Of a stretch of 64,000 nucleotides of DNA, positions 59,972 to 64,000 are shown in pieces; position 1 is the first letter of the stretch, and each line of letters opens with the position of its first letter. A model generated the notes under the pieces. It was not told the origin of the DNA. It worked only from the letters and a program-made list of their open reading frames with translations, and did not search any database. Made by a program: the position numbers and the translations under genes. The stretch is from an uncultured Fibrobacterota bacterium (GTDB lineage Bacteria; Fibrobacterota; Chitinivibrionia; Chitinivibrionales; FEN-1185). Location: positions 192,001 to 256,000 of the forward strand of contig CAVWBU010000027.1 of the NCBI GenBank assembly GCA_963753345.1. Direction: 5' to 3'.

Positions 59972-61108
59972 TTATCCGCTCGTCTTTCTGATCCGCTTCA
60001 CGACTCTTTCCAGAATGTCAACGGCGGTCCGAACCTCATCAGCCGTATTTTCTCTTCCCAGCGAGAATCGCACGGCGCACACGGCGTCTGCCTTCCTTCT
60101 ACCGATGGCCAACAGTGTCCGTGACGCGCTTATCGAACCTGACGAACAAGCGGCTCCGCCCGAAGCGCAGATTCCTTCCTGGTCAAGCGAGCCCAGCAGC
60201 GATTCTGTTTCAGCTCCCGGAATGCAGAGATTGAGCGTGCCCGGAATTCTCTTGTCAGAATGACCATTTCGCAATACGTTCTCGATTTTTCCCGTGATTT
60301 CCCGGAACATCAGTTCCGTGAGATCGAAGAGTCTTTTTGCCTCTGATTCCATTGTCTGGTGCGAAATCTCAGCTGCCTGGACGAATCCGAGGATAGCAGG
60401 AAGATTTTCGGTACCTGTTCGTAGGTGACGCTCCTGGCTCCCGCCGAATGTTCTCGGATTGATGGTTGTTCCCTGCCGAATAAACAATGCGCCGCACCCT
60501 TTTGGCCCATAGATTTTATGCGATGAAATGGACATGAGCGAAACAAGACTTTTCCGCATGTCCAGCGGCACTTTTCCGAACGCCTGTACTGCATCGCTAT
60601 GGAAAACAATCTTTCGCTCATTCAGAACAGCACCAATTTCCGATATTGGCTGGATGGTTCCGATTTCATTGTTCGCATACATGACAGAGACCAGCCGCGT
60701 ATCCGCGGTCAGCCGCTTTACAAGCTCAGCCTGTTCAATCACTCCATCACTTCCAACAGGAATTTCCCTTACAACGAAACCATGAGGCGCAAGGGAATGC
60801 GCGGCATCATGCACTGCCGGATGCTCAATCGATGAGATAAGTACTTCTCCGCTTTTGTGGCGTTCAATTGCTCCGAGGATTGCAAGATTGTCTGCCTCAG
60901 TGCCGCCCGATGTGAAGAAAATCTCCTTTGCGGATGCGCCAATGAGCGCGGCCAGCCGTTCGCGCGCCTGTTCGAGCAGCGCAAACGCCTTTCTGCCCAT
61001 TGCATGGGTTGATGATGCATTTCCCCAATATTCCTGCATTGCTTTACGGACAACGTCCTGAACCTCGGGAAGGATCGGCGTTGTGGCGTTGTGATCGAGA
61101 TAAATCAT
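59972..61108 (-). CDS. Cysteine desulfurase (IscS/NifS group I)
   Basis: IYLDHNATTP, FTSGGTE, SSHKIYGPKG (PLP Lys), SGGAACSSG. Confidence 0.95.
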   Translation of the reverse strand: MIYLDHNATTPILPEVQDVVRKAMQEYWGNASSTHAMGRKAFALLEQARERLAALIGASAKEIFFTSGGTEADNLAILGAIERHKSGEVLISSIEHPAVHDAAHSLAPHGFVVREIPVGSDGVIEQAELVKRLTADTRLVSVMYANNEIGTIQPISEIGAVLNERKIVFHSDAVQAFGKVPLDMRKSLVSLMSISSHKIYGPKGCGALFIRQGTTINPRTFGGSQERHLRTGTENLPAILGFVQAAEISHQTMESEAKRLFDLTELMFREITGKIENVLRNGHSDKRIPGTLNLCIPGAETESLLGSLDQEGICASGGAACSSGSISASRTLLAIGRRKADAVCAVRFSLGRENTADEVRTAVDILERVVKRIRKTSG

Positions 61109-61150
61109 GAGGGGAAAATAGCAGTTGGGATTGCAGAAACAGCGCAAAAA

Positions 61151-62146
61151 CTAGTCCAGACTTATTCCACGCGCCTTCCTGACAAACAGTAACCACAGGA
61201 AAAACGGTCCACCGAGCATTGCCGTGATGACGCCGACGGGCATTTCGGCAGGGGCAACCACGACCCTTGCAACCGTGTCGCACAAAACCAGAAAAATGCC
61301 GCCCGCCAGAAATGAGGCGGGGCCGAGAATAATGTGCCTTGCCCGAAACAGCATTCTGCAAATGTGCGGAATAATGAGGCCCACAAACCCAATGGGGCCG
61401 CACACGGCCACGATGCTTCCCACAATGAGTGTTGCGGCAAGGAGAAGCAGGTTCTTGGTTCCGGCAACGGCCACGCCCCTGCTTGCCGCCAGATCATCGC
61501 CGGTGAGCAGGTGATCCAGTTCGGGAAGTTTGACGGCCAGAAGAGCAATGCCGGTTCCGGCAAACACCAGCATGGTGAGGACCTGCCTGTACCCGAACAC
61601 TTCGATGCCGCCCATCAGCCACCGCACAATCTGAAAGGAATCCCGGAGCGAACTCAGGTATTGCATGAACATGAGCACGCTGGAGAAAAGGAAGCTGATT
61701 GCAATACCGGCAAGGAGCATGGTAAGGCTTGTAGTCGTGCGCAGCATATTTGACAAGAGGTACACGCATGCGATGGAGGCCGCCGCACCGGCGAATGCCC
61801 CCAGGGATATTAATGGAATCCCTGCGATCGCGCCTGAAAGTCCCAGGAGGATGGTTGCGGCGGCCCCGCAGGATGCGCCGCTTGATATCCCGAGCGTGAA
61901 AGGATCTGCAAGCGCATTGCGGAACATTGCCTGAAACATCATGCCGCACAGGGCAAGGCCCGAACCGGCTATGAATGCCGCCAGGACCCGTGGAACCCTC
62001 AGCGTCCAGAAAACGGTTGCCTGCAAATTCTTTCCAAAGACGTCTGCAGGCGAGATAAACTCCATGCCTGCAAAAGGGGCAGCCGCCACCACGGCAATTG
62101 CAAGAATGAAAAGCAGCGCGATAGAAGCGGCGCCTGATTTACCCAT
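61151..62146 (-). CDS. FecCD/BtuC-family ABC permease
   Basis: LRVPR, RNALADP.TLGISSGA, GPIGFVGLIIPH, PVGVIT...GGPFF. Confidence 0.92.
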   Translation of the reverse strand: MGKSGAASIALLFILAIAVVAAAPFAGMEFISPADVFGKNLQATVFWTLRVPRVLAAFIAGSGLALCGMMFQAMFRNALADPFTLGISSGASCGAAATILLGLSGAIAGIPLISLGAFAGAAASIACVYLLSNMLRTTTSLTMLLAGIAISFLFSSVLMFMQYLSSLRDSFQIVRWLMGGIEVFGYRQVLTMLVFAGTGIALLAVKLPELDHLLTGDDLAASRGVAVAGTKNLLLLAATLIVGSIVAVCGPIGFVGLIIPHICRMLFRARHIILGPASFLAGGIFLVLCDTVARVVVAPAEMPVGVITAMLGGPFFLWLLFVRKARGISLD

Positions 62147-62943
62147 CAGTCAACCTCGCTTGAAATCATGACCGAACGGCCGGAATTTTCCACCGTTGCC
62201 CGTGCGAAGGTAACATTGAAAATTTCATCGAGCAGGTGCGGGCAGCGATTCCGGAAATCCGAAACCGGTCCGGCATAGAAAACCTTTCCTTCAACCAGCG
62301 CCAACACATTGGAAAACCCCGTCATTGCAGCATTGACATCGTGCGTTATGGTAAGTATGGCAGTTCCATGTTCATCGTGAATCCGCGACAGGCTTTTTGC
62401 AACGAGTTGCTGATGCTGTGGGTCGAGAAACGTGGCCGGCTCATCCAGAAGCAGGATTCTTCCTTGCTGCGCCACTGCTCCGGCGAGAAATACCCTTTGC
62501 AATTCGCCGCCCGACAGCGTGGTGAGAAGACGGTCGCGCAAGTCCTGAACATCGGCAAGATCCAGCGCCGCTGAAACGATTCGAATGTCCTCGGAAGTGG
62601 GAATCGCCATGAATCCCTGGTACGGAAAACGGCCGAGCATGACGAACTCTTTTGCCGTGTATGCCGGAACGCCGCGGCTTGCCGCCTGCGGAACGTATGA
62701 AATTATTCTGGCCCGTTCCCGTGGTTTGATCTGCCCCGCATCTTCGCCGTTTATGAGCACGGTCCCGCGAGGGACCGGCAGAAGACCGGCAAGGCATTTC
62801 ACCAGCGTCGACTTGCCCGTGCCGTTTTTGCCGATAACAGACCAGGTGTCGCCGTTGGCAATGGAAAACGAAACGTCTGAAAGAACCGTTTTTTCTCCGT
62901 ACGAAAACGACAGATTGCGAATATCAATAAGTGATGGGCTCAT
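62146..62943 (-). CDS. ABC ATP-binding protein (BtuD/FecE-like)
   Basis: GKNGTGKST, LSGGE.QR, LLLDEP, THD. Confidence 0.93.
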   Translation of the reverse strand: MSPSLIDIRNLSFSYGEKTVLSDVSFSIANGDTWSVIGKNGTGKSTLVKCLAGLLPVPRGTVLINGEDAGQIKPRERARIISYVPQAASRGVPAYTAKEFVMLGRFPYQGFMAIPTSEDIRIVSAALDLADVQDLRDRLLTTLSGGELQRVFLAGAVAQQGRILLLDEPATFLDPQHQQLVAKSLSRIHDEHGTAILTITHDVNAAMTGFSNVLALVEGKVFYAGPVSDFRNRCPHLLDEIFNVTFARATVENSGRSVMISSEVD

Positions 62944-63854
62944 CGGAAGCTCCGCGCCCGGTACGCTGCCAGGGTTTTCTTGATGCATTCCACAATCAGG
63001 CCGATACGCGGTCCGGGAATCGTCATGAAGTCGTCGCTTGGGCAGAACACAAGGCCGTTCTTCACCGCCGGGACTATGGTGAGGTTCTTCCAGTCTTCTT
63101 TCGCGGCGTCCGGTGCCAGGGCCGAGGCTGAACTCATGAGATCGATAACAATGTCCGGGGCAAGGCGGATGATTCCCTCTGCCGAGATAGAAGGGTACAC
63201 AAATGACGAATCGGAATACGCATTAGTTCCGCCGGCATATCGTATGAGGGAGTTGTAGAAGCTTTTTGGCCCCGCCGCATAGACCTTTGCTATCGCGCCA
63301 GCGCCCGGGTTGTCCCTGCCGATGCAGAGAAGAATGCGCGGACGGTTCTTTTCCGCCACGGTGTCGGACATCGCGGATCGAATTGCCGCTGCCATTGAAT
63401 CGGCCTCTCTTGTCCTGCCGAAAAGTGCGCCGATTATCCTGAACGATGCCAGAATCGCGTCGAGGTCCTCGTTGTCAACCACCTTCATGCCGATGCCGTT
63501 CTTCTGCAGGAATACGGAAAGGGACGAATGCTCCTTAAGCAAAAATACCATGTCCGGCTTCAGCGAAAGAATCATCTCGAAATTGGGGTCGGTGTACCCG
63601 CCGACGCGAGGGAGGTTCCTCACTTGCGGCGGATAGTTGCAGTATCGCGTGACCCCCACTACCCTGTCGCCCACCCCAAGCGCAAAAAGCGTTTCGGTGA
63701 TGCTCGGCGCAAAGGAGATAACGCGCTTCGGCGTTGCGGAAGAAGAGCGTTTTTCAAGACCTCGGCCGCATCCGCCTGCGATTGCAATCAGGATGATGCC
63801 AATGCCCGCCAGCAAGGTTTGCAGGATTCGAGAATCTCCCCTATTGAGATACAT
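62940..63854 (-). CDS. Helical-backbone substrate-binding lipoprotein (BtuF-like)
   Basis: Lipobox AGGC, RVISFAPSITE.LFALG, YCNYP, PGPR. Confidence 0.9.
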   Translation of the reverse strand: MYLNRGDSRILQTLLAGIGIILIAIAGGCGRGLEKRSSSATPKRVISFAPSITETLFALGVGDRVVGVTRYCNYPPQVRNLPRVGGYTDPNFEMILSLKPDMVFLLKEHSSLSVFLQKNGIGMKVVDNEDLDAILASFRIIGALFGRTREADSMAAAIRSAMSDTVAEKNRPRILLCIGRDNPGAGAIAKVYAAGPKSFYNSLIRYAGGTNAYSDSSFVYPSISAEGIIRLAPDIVIDLMSSASALAPDAAKEDWKNLTIVPAVKNGLVFCPSDDFMTIPGPRIGLIVECIKKTLAAYRARSFR

Positions 63855-63879
63855 TCATCATCCTTGTGTCTGCGCAATC

Positions 63880-63999
63880 CTAGTTCGACGTTTGCAGCAA
63901 TGCCAAGGAATTTGGCGGCAATCCTACGTTCTTGGTTGTACCGATTTTCGTATCCGTCACTGGATCGATGACAACTATTCCTGGATTTGTATTGCTTCG
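63880..63999 (-). CDS. C-terminal fragment of a probable beta-propeller (YncE/BtuG-like) protein
   Basis: Manual translation RSNTNPGIVVIDPVTDTKIGTTKNVGLPPNSLALLQTSN*; absent from the ORF track because its start lies outside the window. Confidence 0.55.
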   Translation of the reverse strand, partial: RSNTNPGIVVIDPVTDTKIGTTKNVGLPPNSLALLQTSN

Positions 64000-64000
64000 G

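Overview
Bacterial chromosomal segment of roughly 55 genes, mostly housekeeping and moderately GC-rich. The T9SS-type and FlgD-type C-terminal domains suggest a Fibrobacterota/Chitinivibrionia-like or other FCB organism, but this is inference only. It carries carbon metabolism genes (a divergent glgP next to PTS enzyme I, a GH13 enzyme, PPi-type pfk, cstA), folE/folK/panC, larE, tRNA-Pro(CGG), an M16 peptidase pair, a surface-glycan modification block, gcvT-H-PA-PB, comEC, RNA-modification genes, the rpmE-prfA-prmC-lpxK run and a probable corrinoid ABC uptake cluster with cobO. No transposase, integrase, prophage or CRISPR array was seen. The most notable observations are: (1) a canonical 28-bp XerCD dif site at 59308-59335, with genes converging across the window, so this is probably the replication terminus region; (2) a glycogen-phosphorylase homologue with several substrate-binding motifs replaced, directly upstream of an intact enzyme I; (3) an SH3-linker-SH3-TM-receiver-like-DUF4388 transmembrane protein with a small SH3 partner; (4) a receiver-HATPase protein head-to-head with comEC, with a STAS gene nearby; (5) three compensating +1 insertions in a VWA gene and one in prfA, probably sequence errors; (6) a recurring TTGnnn-N17/18-TATTTT promoter motif, sometimes placed for leaderless translation. 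None of these can be confirmed as a new system from the sequence alone.
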